A stretch of DNA of 32,000 bases from Candidatus Babelota bacterium (lineage in GTDB: Bacteria; Babelota; Babeliae; Babelales; Vermiphilaceae). Both the position numbers and the translations under genes were made by a program. The DNA is taken from NCBI GenBank assembly GCA_039809905.1, contig JBDHVY010000001.1:360001-392000 (forward strand), in the 5' to 3' direction. Shown here one piece after another: positions 16,128 through 25,394 of the stretch (positions are counted from its first letter, which is position 1; every line of letters begins with the position of its first letter). The notes beneath the pieces are model-generated. The model ran no database searches, was not told the DNA's origin, and saw nothing but the letters and a program-made list of their open reading frames with translations.

Positions 16128-18701
16128 ATGAATATCCTCTTTGTTCCAGCCCTATGTTTTTTTTTATTAATGAATACCGTAACTCATTCAATGGATTATC
16201 CTGAAAAACCAAATAAATCAGATATTCCACAGATTTTGACAACAGACGCATCACAGAAAAACAAACGATCAAAACGCGCAACAAGTCGTAATGAATCACA
16301 AAGCTCACTACTTAAAATAAACACCGAAACGCCTTCTTTAGAAAAAAAACGCAAACCTCGCCTTCTTCTTTCTCTTTCATCAGGAGATGAAAAAAAATCA
16401 CATACAAAACCTCTAGAAAAACTTAAAGATTCATTCTCTGACTCTTCAGAACATACCACACCGCATGTGACGCCACAGACGACACCACATGCCACGCCAA
16501 AAACCTCTCCTCGGGGTAAATCACCAAAACATTCTCCTCGGAAAATATCACCAAGAACAACTGTACTTTCATCTTCAGAATCAAAATCTCCAAAAAAATC
16601 AGATGCCAATTTAATTAGTTTTGATTTTTTACACAATGCTATAAAATCAAAAGATTTTTACTCAATCAAAAACTTTCTTGAAAACCAAAATAATAACGTC
16701 AACAGGCAAGATAGTTCAGGGAAAAATACTTTATTACACTGTGCTTTATTGGAAGTACTCATTCATAATCATGATGAAGCTATGACAATGCTTTTTTTGA
16801 TGAATCCACGTGTTAATAGCTTAGTGAAAAATGAATATAATGATACCGCTTACCAACTCATTGAAAAGAATAAAGAAGCTGCAACCAATCATAAAAAATT
16901 ACATACAGAACTACGCACTAGAGCTTTATTGGATAACTTTGTTCATGCACTGTTAATAACAAATAAAAATATCACTCCAGGGGCTCGCCCAGATAACATA
17001 ATGCAAGAAGTAACAAATGCTTTACGTAATATTTCAAGCACAATATTTCCTTGCTATAGTTCTCCTCAATTTATTGTCAGAAGGATTGATGCAAGATTAA
17101 AATCTGATGCTTTAACAATTCAGAAAGACTGTGATGCTTATAGTAAAGACATAAATTATCAAGATGAGTGGGATAATACCCTGCTTCATTATGCTGCTTA
17201 TTTACATGATAAAACATTAATTGAACAATTAATTAAAAACCCAATCATATTTTTTGAACGCAATAAAGAAAACCTTTATCCGCAAGCCTTACTGTACTCA
17301 GCCATAGAATCTCAAGGAGAAATAACTACTGAATCTGCAACGCTACTAAAACAATTAAAAAAAAATATTAGAGATATACGTGCTCTATTATTTATGAGAG
17401 ATACTCTCAATAATTTAATCGCCCAAAGAGTCCCCATTCTACTTTCGCAACATTCTATAGTAACAAATAGCCCATTTTTTGAAAAAATAAAAAAACAAAT
17501 AATTGAAGCAATTATCCTCACTGAGCAGAAACAAAGAGGTGAAAATAGTTCTGATCATGATAGAAAGCTACCTAAAAAAAATGTAACTCTTCCCCTATAT
17601 GCTGATGATAAATTTTTTTTAGAAGCTTTTCATGCTCAGATGTTTTATTCTTTATACAAAAAGATATCTATTATTAAAAGTTTCCTTAACAATCCCGATA
17701 ATCATCCCAATATACAAAACAGTATTACCACAAATAGTTTATTACACCATGCAATACTAGATGTACTCAAGCATAATAACAATACAGATATAGCAATGCT
17801 TTTTTTGAAAGATCCACGCCTGAATAGTTTAATCAAAAATAAAAACAATGAAGCAGCTTATCAACTCATTAAAAGAGATCTTATAGAAAAACACCAAGAG
17901 TTATATAAGGAGCTCTGTGCTCGAGCATTCGCGGATCGAATTGCTCATGCATTACTCATGACAGATGCAACTATTTCTTCAAACATTCACCCAGATCTGA
18001 TTACACAAAAAGTAACCAATATTTTACGTAATATTCCAAACACAATGCTATCGGCTTACAGCTCCGTTAACTTTATTAGTGAAATAATTAAAGCCAGATT
18101 AAAGCATGATGGATTCATGATACAAGAAAACCGTAATGCTTGTCTTAAAGACATAAATTATCAAGATGAACTTGGTAATACTTTGTTGCATCATGCAGCA
18201 CAATTACACGATAAAATTTTAATTGAACAATTAATTAAAAATCCAAATATAGTTTTTAAACACAATAGAGAAAACTTGTATCCACAAGACTTGCTGTGCA
18301 CCATTACAAAACCTACAGAAAAGATTACTATTGAAGCAGAAACAGTATTAAATCAATGTAAAAAAAATATTGAAGATATGCACACACAGTTATCTGTGAG
18401 GGATTTAATAGCAAAAAAATTTACCGATTTGCTCTTGCTATATCCAGTAGCAAAGAGAAATTTAGCATTTGATCACAATTTTTTTCGAATGATAAGACAA
18501 GAAATATCCCTATCAATCGCTGAAACTAAGCATAATCAAAAAGATGAAAATCGCTCTACTATAAATCTTCCGACATATGTTGATGATGCATTTTTGCTAG
18601 AAGTTTTTTATGCACATGTAAAGCAGCACAGCCCTATTAGTATAAATGATCTTGGTTTCAATCCTCATCCCAGCTCTACCGAATCATCAGAGGTCAATTA
18701 A
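16128..18701 (+). CDS. Large secreted ankyrin-like protein with SPR/TP-rich linker and an internal tandem duplication
   Basis: Signal peptide MNILFVPALCFFLLMNTVTHSMDY; ankyrin-like GKNTLLHCALLEVL..., DNTLLHYAAYLHDKTLIEQLI, GNTLLHHAAQLHDKILIEQLI. Confidence 0.8.
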   Translation: MNILFVPALCFFLLMNTVTHSMDYPEKPNKSDIPQILTTDASQKNKRSKRATSRNESQSSLLKINTETPSLEKKRKPRLLLSLSSGDEKKSHTKPLEKLKDSFSDSSEHTTPHVTPQTTPHATPKTSPRGKSPKHSPRKISPRTTVLSSSESKSPKKSDANLISFDFLHNAIKSKDFYSIKNFLENQNNNVNRQDSSGKNTLLHCALLEVLIHNHDEAMTMLFLMNPRVNSLVKNEYNDTAYQLIEKNKEAATNHKKLHTELRTRALLDNFVHALLITNKNITPGARPDNIMQEVTNALRNISSTIFPCYSSPQFIVRRIDARLKSDALTIQKDCDAYSKDINYQDEWDNTLLHYAAYLHDKTLIEQLIKNPIIFFERNKENLYPQALLYSAIESQGEITTESATLLKQLKKNIRDIRALLFMRDTLNNLIAQRVPILLSQHSIVTNSPFFEKIKKQIIEAIILTEQKQRGENSSDHDRKLPKKNVTLPLYADDKFFLEAFHAQMFYSLYKKISIIKSFLNNPDNHPNIQNSITTNSLLHHAILDVLKHNNNTDIAMLFLKDPRLNSLIKNKNNEAAYQLIKRDLIEKHQELYKELCARAFADRIAHALLMTDATISSNIHPDLITQKVTNILRNIPNTMLSAYSSVNFISEIIKARLKHDGFMIQENRNACLKDINYQDELGNTLLHHAAQLHDKILIEQLIKNPNIVFKHNRENLYPQDLLCTITKPTEKITIEAETVLNQCKKNIEDMHTQLSVRDLIAKKFTDLLLLYPVAKRNLAFDHNFFRMIRQEISLSIAETKHNQKDENRSTINLPTYVDDAFLLEVFYAHVKQHSPISINDLGFNPHPSSTESSEVN
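16447..16560 (+). repeat. Low-complexity Thr-Pro / Ser-Pro-Arg coding tract
   Basis: Encodes TTPHVTPQTTPHATPKTSPRGKSPKHSPRKISPRT. Confidence 0.8.
16622..18701 (+). repeat. Intragenic tandem duplication with ~1.0 kb period (two full units plus a truncated third)
   Basis: Units share KDINYQDE(W/L)(D/G)NTLLH(Y/H)AA(Y/Q)LHDK..LIEQLIKNP and NALRNIS/NILRNIP segments. acataaattatc at 17149 and 18151 gives a 1002-nt offset. ADDKFFLEAFHA (~17.6 kb) recurs as VDDAFLLEVFYA (~18.6 kb). Confidence 0.85.
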
Positions 18702-18707
18702 TAATCG

Positions 18708-19544
18708 TTAACGAGGAACAACATAATCAAATATAGTTTTTTTTGGTAGCTCTAATCTAGTATCATAGCTCAATGCAGCTGCACCTGTTGCAGTAGAAAT
18801 AGCGAATAAAATGCCATGTATCAAACCTAATGGCATAGGACTAGGAACAAGATAAACCGCTGCCGTTGTTAAATAACCCCACAACGAAGCCAATCCGAGA
18901 GTTTTATACCGCGATTCGAATAAAGCTTTTTCTTGCGGTGTTAGTACTCTTTTGTTCTGAATATCAGACTTCAGATTTTGAAGCGCAGGATTATCTATGG
19001 TCTTTGGTGGCAATGTTTGCACTGACTTTTGGGAAGCAGGCGGCTGTGTTGATGATAATGGTGATTCAATTTTTACGTGAGGAGCTTGAGGCACAACAAC
19101 AAATTTGTACGCTAATAATGCCAATAGACCACTAATTCCAAGAACTTTTGCCGCATTCCAGAAATATTTATTGTCAGTTTCTTCAGTTGGTTCTATTATA
19201 GTCCATAAAAAATCAATACGCTCAGGTACACCTTTTATATTTTTATCTAAACTTTTTTTTAAGTTTTCTAGTACTTCTTTTTTTTCTTCTCCACTTAAAT
19301 TACTCCGATTTATTTTATCACAACTGGCAATGTAGTTTTCTTCTTGTTTTTTCATGTAATCGATTAATTGTTCAATTTCACTCGTAGCTGCTAATTTATC
19401 TTGCTCACTATAGCCATACAATTGAATAACCATATTATCAAGCATGCCTGCTATCCGTAATGGTATAGATTTTTTTTCACCTGCATTAACTGCACACACA
19501 CATAACATAATTAAAATAATATTATTTTTCACCACATCCCCCAT
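18708..19544 (-). CDS. Hypothetical protein with signal peptide and C-terminal membrane segments
   Basis: 837-nt ORF, N-terminus NNIILIMLCVCAVNAGEKK, hydrophobic segments ILGISGLLALLAYKFVVV-like and LGLIHGILFAISTATGAAAL; plausible intergenic fit, convergent to the ankyrin gene. Confidence 0.65.
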   Translation of the reverse strand: MGDVVKNNIILIMLCVCAVNAGEKKSIPLRIAGMLDNMVIQLYGYSEQDKLAATSEIEQLIDYMKKQEENYIASCDKINRSNLSGEEKKEVLENLKKSLDKNIKGVPERIDFLWTIIEPTEETDNKYFWNAAKVLGISGLLALLAYKFVVVPQAPHVKIESPLSSTQPPASQKSVQTLPPKTIDNPALQNLKSDIQNKRVLTPQEKALFESRYKTLGLASLWGYLTTAAVYLVPSPMPLGLIHGILFAISTATGAAALSYDTRLELPKKTIFDYVVPR

Positions 19545-19617
19545 GCTCTATGTATACATAGATTTTATTACCTTGTAGCATATATCATATTATTTCTAAT
19601 TAGCAATAATACGCTTA

Positions 19618-21477
19618 TTAATCCTCACGATGAATAGCATCTTCACCACTATCAAGCAGAAATCCACCAATTTGTGCTTCCCATAGCTTTTTATAGAGAC
19701 CATTTTTTTCAAGCAATTCTTCATGTGAACCATCTTCAATAATGCTTCCCTGATCAAAAACCAAAATTCGATCCATCTGTAAAAGTGTAGACAAACGATG
19801 AGCGATCACTAATGTTGTTTTACCTTGCATTAAATCCCATAGACTATTTTGAATTTGATTTTCAGTAACTGAATCAAGCTGACTTGTTGCTTCATCAAGA
19901 ATCAAAATTGGTGAATTTTTTAATATCGCCCGTGCAATTGCAATACGTTGTCTTTGGCCGCCCGAAAGACGTATACCTCGCTCGCCAACTTGCGTATCAT
20001 ATCCCTGTGATAATGCAATGATAAAGTCATGTGCATATGCACGCTTTGCTGCAGAAATAATATCCTGATGTGTTGCCTTCCTACGACCATAAGCAATATT
20101 TTCTATTAATGATCGATGAAATAATGAGGGATCTTGCGCTATCATTGTTATTGCATCATGAAGACTATCTTGTGTCACCGTCCTAATATCTTGACCATCG
20201 ATAGTAATTTTTCCCGCAGTAACATCAAAAACACGCAAAATCAAATTAACAAACGTTGACTTTCCACTACCAGAATATCCAACTAAACCAACTTTCTGAC
20301 CTGATTTAATAACTACAGATTCATGTTCAAATAATGACTCTGCATCATGATATTGAAATTGCACATTATCAAATACTATTTCACCTTTTGTTACTATCAA
20401 ATCTTTGGCATTTGGCGCATCTTTAATTTCTATAGAACTTTGTACAATGGCAAGCCCTTGTACAACATTTCCCATTTTTTCCCAAAAATCTCGCATATCT
20501 TTTGCGATATTCCAAAAATTTTCAACGATATGTAAATTTAAGGTTAATACTAAGACAAAATCTCCCGGGGTCATAACTTTATTTATAAGTCCATTCAACA
20601 GCCACCAAAAACAAACCCCTTGAAATATCCAAAATGAACAGGCTTGAAAAGCATGCAGTTTTAAAAAAAACCAATCTCTTCTTTGATCTTTTTCCACAGA
20701 ATTATTAAGACAACGAGTAAAATAATTTATTTCAAAACTTTTTCTCGCGAAAAAACGAACACTTGCCATATTAGTCAAAATATCAACCATACAACCAATT
20801 ACTTTCGCTCGGGCATCGGTAACATCATATGCCAACTTTTGATTACGAAACACCAACACAACAGAAATACTTAAAAATATAATAACCCACAAACCAAGAG
20901 CTATCGTAAATTTCATATGAATACATGAAATATTGTATAATACAAACAACAACATAAGCAAACACGCAAGTAATCGATCAATTACAATACGGACTATATC
21001 AGGAATACTGATAGCAATATCACTTATCCGCGTAGTTAAATCACCAGCAAATTGTCGCTGATAAAAACTATGAGAATGATCCAACATTCTATCCATCAGC
21101 TTAAGAGCTATATATTTTTTTATATTGGGACGAAACTTAATAATAATCCAATCATACCAACGAAAAATAGAAAGATAGACAAATTCAGAAAATAAGTAAA
21201 ATCCCATTAAATAAGCTAATGTACCGTGTATATCCATTGCGTCAGAATTCATAGCAGTATTTAAAATAAGCTTAACGATATATGCTTGCGTATTGAGTAT
21301 AAGCGCCCATATTAAAGCAATAATAACCATTCCGGCAAGATATGCTCTAAAAGGCTTTACTACCATTCTGATAAAGGCTAATGCCCCCTGAGATTGCATA
21401 GGTTTTCCTTCTCGACTTTTTAAATAGATGGATCGGCCCTCTCTTTTAGCATCATGAAAAAGCAGAAAATTGTCCAT
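19618..21477 (-). CDS. ABC transporter, fused permease and ATP-binding domains (ABCB/MsbA-like exporter)
   Basis: Six-TM region followed by VGYSGSGKSTFVNLI (Walker A), LSGGQRQRIAIARAI (signature) and ILILDEATSQLD (Walker B). Confidence 0.95.
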   Translation of the reverse strand: MDNFLLFHDAKREGRSIYLKSREGKPMQSQGALAFIRMVVKPFRAYLAGMVIIALIWALILNTQAYIVKLILNTAMNSDAMDIHGTLAYLMGFYLFSEFVYLSIFRWYDWIIIKFRPNIKKYIALKLMDRMLDHSHSFYQRQFAGDLTTRISDIAISIPDIVRIVIDRLLACLLMLLFVLYNISCIHMKFTIALGLWVIIFLSISVVLVFRNQKLAYDVTDARAKVIGCMVDILTNMASVRFFARKSFEINYFTRCLNNSVEKDQRRDWFFLKLHAFQACSFWIFQGVCFWWLLNGLINKVMTPGDFVLVLTLNLHIVENFWNIAKDMRDFWEKMGNVVQGLAIVQSSIEIKDAPNAKDLIVTKGEIVFDNVQFQYHDAESLFEHESVVIKSGQKVGLVGYSGSGKSTFVNLILRVFDVTAGKITIDGQDIRTVTQDSLHDAITMIAQDPSLFHRSLIENIAYGRRKATHQDIISAAKRAYAHDFIIALSQGYDTQVGERGIRLSGGQRQRIAIARAILKNSPILILDEATSQLDSVTENQIQNSLWDLMQGKTTLVIAHRLSTLLQMDRILVFDQGSIIEDGSHEELLEKNGLYKKLWEAQIGGFLLDSGEDAIHRED

Positions 21478-21616
21478 CTATCGGGATATTTTCCAAAAAA
21501 AGCCCTTAGTTCTGCATAATATCATGCCTTCTGCCCCCCCTTTTGACTATTTATATTTCTTATTGTAATATAACAATGAAAAGCCTCATTTTAGAACACT
21601 ATAAAAAAGGATTATT

Positions 21617-22537
21617 ATGAACAAAAAACATCTATTGCTGCTTTTTTTCAGTATATTTTGCTTCACTACAGTCCCAAAAGAACTTATCTTTACTCCGGCA
21701 AATACTATTATCGTCACCGATCTTGATGACGTACTTATAGAAAAATCATTCTTTTTACGCATCATGGCAAAGCTAAAACATGTAGCCGGAGATTATAAAA
21801 AAGATACTAAAAAGGCTAATAAAAAATTAAACATCAAAAAAGATAATTCAATCGGTGGCATTACCTTTAACTTACTCTATCATGGTATGCGAAAATCATA
21901 TCTAACTCCATATGCTGCATTTATGGCAGAAAAATTAGAAAAATCACACAATTACATTGATGGCACCGAAAAAATATACCGTTACTTAAAAGATGTAAAG
22001 GGTTATCCTATCGTAATTGCAACCAACAAAGATCGCGTATCATATGATATTACCGCACAAACATTAGGTAATAAGTTAACAGGACTTGCAAGCACAGTAT
22101 TTGTAGCTCATCCAGGTACCAATCCTGAGCTTATTGCAGAATTAAAAGCATTTGCAGACTTGCCAACAACTGCAGCCAGTTATAAAAACTTTCTCAATAA
22201 AGCGCTCACCATAGAACCTACTGAACGTATTTTGCATGCTCCAAGTTCAAAACCAGATCCGGCATATTATAACTATGTAGAACAAAATCTTGAAAAAGAC
22301 AAAAATATCATCTTTATTGATGATAAAAAACGTAATATTGATGGCTTTAAGAATGTGCAACAAACAACATCAGCCGAGCGCGTTGGTATCCTATTTAAAA
22401 AGCCAGAACAACTTGCACAAGAATTTGTTAATCTGGGAATTTTATCAGAAACAGAAGATGCACAATTACTAGAAGATATTCGTTATCCAGGATTATGGGG
22501 CAAAGCACAGTTGATAGGCAAAAAAATACGTGCTTAA
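21617..22537 (+). CDS. HAD superfamily hydrolase-like protein with signal peptide
   Basis: MNKKHLLLLFFSIFCFTTVPKE signal sequence; IIVTDLDDVLIEKS (motif I), YPIVIATNKD (motif II-like), SKPDPAYYNYV and IIFIDDKKRNIDG (motif IV-like). Confidence 0.85.
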   Translation: MNKKHLLLLFFSIFCFTTVPKELIFTPANTIIVTDLDDVLIEKSFFLRIMAKLKHVAGDYKKDTKKANKKLNIKKDNSIGGITFNLLYHGMRKSYLTPYAAFMAEKLEKSHNYIDGTEKIYRYLKDVKGYPIVIATNKDRVSYDITAQTLGNKLTGLASTVFVAHPGTNPELIAELKAFADLPTTAASYKNFLNKALTIEPTERILHAPSSKPDPAYYNYVEQNLEKDKNIIFIDDKKRNIDGFKNVQQTTSAERVGILFKKPEQLAQEFVNLGILSETEDAQLLEDIRYPGLWGKAQLIGKKIRA

Positions 22538-22558
22538 CAAGTATAAAAGACTTTAAAT

Positions 22559-22590
22559 AAAACAGGGATACTTTGCAGTATCCCTGTTTT
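22559..22590. terminator. Bidirectional terminator between convergent genes
   Basis: Perfect 14-bp stem aaaacagggatact / agtatccctgtttt with loop ttgc. Confidence 0.85.
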
Positions 22591-22611
22591 GTCAAATTAC
22601 GTTATTTTAAG

Positions 22612-24363
22612 TTATTTATAAAACCCTGAACCAATAAGATATTTTTTATCATCTTTTTCAACTAATTCAACATAATCAACACGCATTTTTTTATTAAATT
22701 TATAAACAAAATGAGCAGAACCTTGTTGTGATTGATCTATCATATTTTTGATGAAAAGTTTTCCTTCATCATCTTTCCAATCAAGAAGATTTTTCCAAAT
22801 CAATTCATGAGCATCACCCCATGCGTAGCAATAACCATCAGTATCAATAGCAAAAACAAATAGATCTCCCCGAATAAATTCAGCTTTTCGAGTTACAAAT
22901 TTTTCAAATGTTTCATCAGATGGATGTGTTTGTAAATAACTAACAGCACTTTTTGCCAGTAGTGTCATAGTTTCTGGCTTGGTAACAGGAAACATTCCTG
23001 CTCCAATTACATAGGAATCAACACCCATATCAATTTTTTCTACATAGGTGGATTGGAAAGAATTTTTAAGCTTAAAATCAACCCAACCACCGCCAACTTT
23101 TCCTTGTTCAATAATTTCGCGAACATAATATGCACCATCTTGATCTTTAAGATCAAACTGATTTTGACCAACAAATGCACTATTTCCTCCATGGGCAATA
23201 CAATTACCTTTCATATCATATACAAATAATGAAAGATCTCCGAACCGGTATGCATTATTAGCTTTATCAGTGAAATCTTTTGCAGCAACAGAAGTACCAC
23301 TCGCTTTCATATATTGGTAACCACGGCGAACCAAATCAATTGTTTTGTCTCGATCTGTTTCAGGATAATAACCACATGCTATAAAATAGTAATTCCCTTT
23401 TGCATCTTTAACTTTTTCAGCATAGGTATATTTTAAAGCATTTTTTGAAGTATACTCTGTCCATATGCCTTCACCTTCTTGCTTTGCCTTAAGTTTTTCA
23501 ATAATTTCTTTATTGATTTCCTTACCTTTTGCATCTTTACGATTTAATACAACGCTACCAACCAACTCAGAATCTTCACCTTGAGCACGAATCATTCCAT
23601 CAAAATCAAGTGCATATAAATAAAGATCACCAAATACAAATCGTTCACTCTTTGGATATCCAATTGCTCCAAAAGAATCCCCTACAGGATAACCAGATTT
23701 AACATCTTGATTAAATAGTCCTACAGCACCTTTTACCAACCCAATTGCTGCATACTTTTTTGAATGAGGATAATATCCGCATCCGAGAATATAATCTTTA
23801 CCTTCTATAGTAATTTTTTCTACACAAGAAACTTTTGCCGCACCAGCCCATTCATAAGTAACCCAACCAGCTTCCATTTGTGCCGTTTTAATCATTGATT
23901 GAATAGGTAATGAACCAAAACTATCACGATAATCCCATAGGTTACTCCACACTAAATCTTCTCGTTCGCCATGTGCATACACAACACCTTTTGTATTTAA
24001 TAAGAAAAGATATAATTCACCTTCTATAAAACTTTTTGTATGAGTAAATGCATGACATATTTTCGTTAACGTATTGCTTTTACAAAAGGTAACACCACGA
24101 TCAAGTAAGCTGCGAACGCTTTTTTGTTTTTGTTGTAAATCAAATTCATCAATGGCTATCTCTTCTTCTTCTTCATCTTGCGTTGCAACCATAACATTTT
24201 CTTGATCAGTTGATTTTACTTTGGATTGAGATTTTCTTCTTTTGTCGCTACTTTTTTGCTGAACATTACTTTTTTGTGCTGCATAGAGTTTGTTGTCATC
24301 AACAGAACAACCAATCAACATACTCATAACAAGAAAAAAAACATGCATTTTTCGTAAATTCAT
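22612..24363 (-). CDS. Putative lipoprotein with four tandem Cache-like sensor domains
   Basis: Lipobox-like LVMSMLIGC; four repeats of the form (F/Y)xxG(D/E)LxL(F/Y)xxxxxGxxxAxG ... (V/Y)xYxEK... (Y/F)xIxxGxxP/Y. Confidence 0.8.
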   Translation of the reverse strand: MNLRKMHVFFLVMSMLIGCSVDDNKLYAAQKSNVQQKSSDKRRKSQSKVKSTDQENVMVATQDEEEEEIAIDEFDLQQKQKSVRSLLDRGVTFCKSNTLTKICHAFTHTKSFIEGELYLFLLNTKGVVYAHGEREDLVWSNLWDYRDSFGSLPIQSMIKTAQMEAGWVTYEWAGAAKVSCVEKITIEGKDYILGCGYYPHSKKYAAIGLVKGAVGLFNQDVKSGYPVGDSFGAIGYPKSERFVFGDLYLYALDFDGMIRAQGEDSELVGSVVLNRKDAKGKEINKEIIEKLKAKQEGEGIWTEYTSKNALKYTYAEKVKDAKGNYYFIACGYYPETDRDKTIDLVRRGYQYMKASGTSVAAKDFTDKANNAYRFGDLSLFVYDMKGNCIAHGGNSAFVGQNQFDLKDQDGAYYVREIIEQGKVGGGWVDFKLKNSFQSTYVEKIDMGVDSYVIGAGMFPVTKPETMTLLAKSAVSYLQTHPSDETFEKFVTRKAEFIRGDLFVFAIDTDGYCYAWGDAHELIWKNLLDWKDDEGKLFIKNMIDQSQQGSAHFVYKFNKKMRVDYVELVEKDDKKYLIGSGFYK

Positions 24364-24468
24364 GTTTACTACTCCCTTTTATAGCCCCAATCTCTATTTC
24401 AGACTGGGGACCCCTTACTAAGAGGTTTTTTTAGATGATATTTTCGCTATTACTATTTTTTATCTTTT

Positions 24469-25161
24469 TTATTGTTCACGCCGGTTTCCCATAAAACGAA
24501 GAAGAAATAGGAAAAGATTAATAAAATCGAGATAAAGCGTTAATGCACCAATAAGCGTCACCTTACCTATCATTTCTTTTTCAACAAGCATAGATCTACC
24601 ATATTGCTTTATCTTTTGAGTATCATACGCAGTTAATAAAGTAAAAACAATAACGCCTATACCAGAAAGAATATAATCAAATTGTTCGCTTTTTAAAAAC
24701 ATGTTGATAAGCATTCCAATGATAAGTCCTATCAAAACCATAAAACTCAAATTTCCAATGCTTGTCAGATCAGACTTGGTTATATAACCATACACGGACA
24801 TAACTCCAAACATCCCTGCAGTTGTCAAAAATGTAGTAATGATAGAAATTTCAGTATACACATAAAAAATAGATGAGAGTGTTATACCAAGAGTTGCAGC
24901 ATATAATAAAAAAAGCACTAATGCAGTAATAAATGAAATACGATTAAGAAAAAATGTAATGCCAAAAATAAAAGCAAATTGAGCAAAAATTAAACCAAAT
25001 ATCAAACCTGGATGAGTATACATATAGGTAAAAATAACAGGAGTACTGGCAACATAATAAGCAACGCCAGCCGTTATTGCTAAAGCACAACTCATCCAAC
25101 CATATACACCACACATAAATGATGAAACATTTTTATCCAGTTCGTAACTATTTGAAAACAT
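24469..25161 (-). CDS. Bax inhibitor-1/YccA (TMBIM) family membrane protein
   Basis: Seven-TM protein with VYGWMSCALAITAGVAYYVA, LLYAATLGITLSSIFYVY, GYITKSDLTSIGNLSFMVLIGLIIGMLIN, LLTAYDTQKIKQYGR and ALTLYLDFINLFLFLLRFMG. Confidence 0.93.
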   Translation of the reverse strand: MFSNSYELDKNVSSFMCGVYGWMSCALAITAGVAYYVASTPVIFTYMYTHPGLIFGLIFAQFAFIFGITFFLNRISFITALVLFLLYAATLGITLSSIFYVYTEISIITTFLTTAGMFGVMSVYGYITKSDLTSIGNLSFMVLIGLIIGMLINMFLKSEQFDYILSGIGVIVFTLLTAYDTQKIKQYGRSMLVEKEMIGKVTLIGALTLYLDFINLFLFLLRFMGNRREQ

Positions 25162-25394
25162 ATACTCCCCCATTTCTTAACGATTTTTTGCTATTACACT
25201 ACGCAATTTATCATTAATTAAGCAATGATTTCAATTGAACTCATAATAGACTTGCATCTAGGAGCATATTTATAGTAAAAAGAGCTTATAGCAAAATTTA
25301 TTAAAGCAATCAAAAACCCTCTTAATACGGGGTGCCCGTGTGAAACGGAGTGGAGCATGGGACTATACATACAACAAATCTAAAGGAATAAAAA

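Noticed and set aside
16196-16636. 146-aa minus-strand ORF inside the large ankyrin gene (VFGVACGVVCGVTCGVVC...)
   Set aside because: Antisense reading of the Thr-Pro-rich repeat tract with no independent support. The Cys-rich look is an artefact of ACA/GCA codons read in reverse.
16128-18701. Frameshift or gene fusion as the cause of the repeated unit in the ankyrin gene
   Set aside because: The frame is continuous through both units, and divergence between copies is mostly at silent or conservative positions, which fits an old in-frame duplication.
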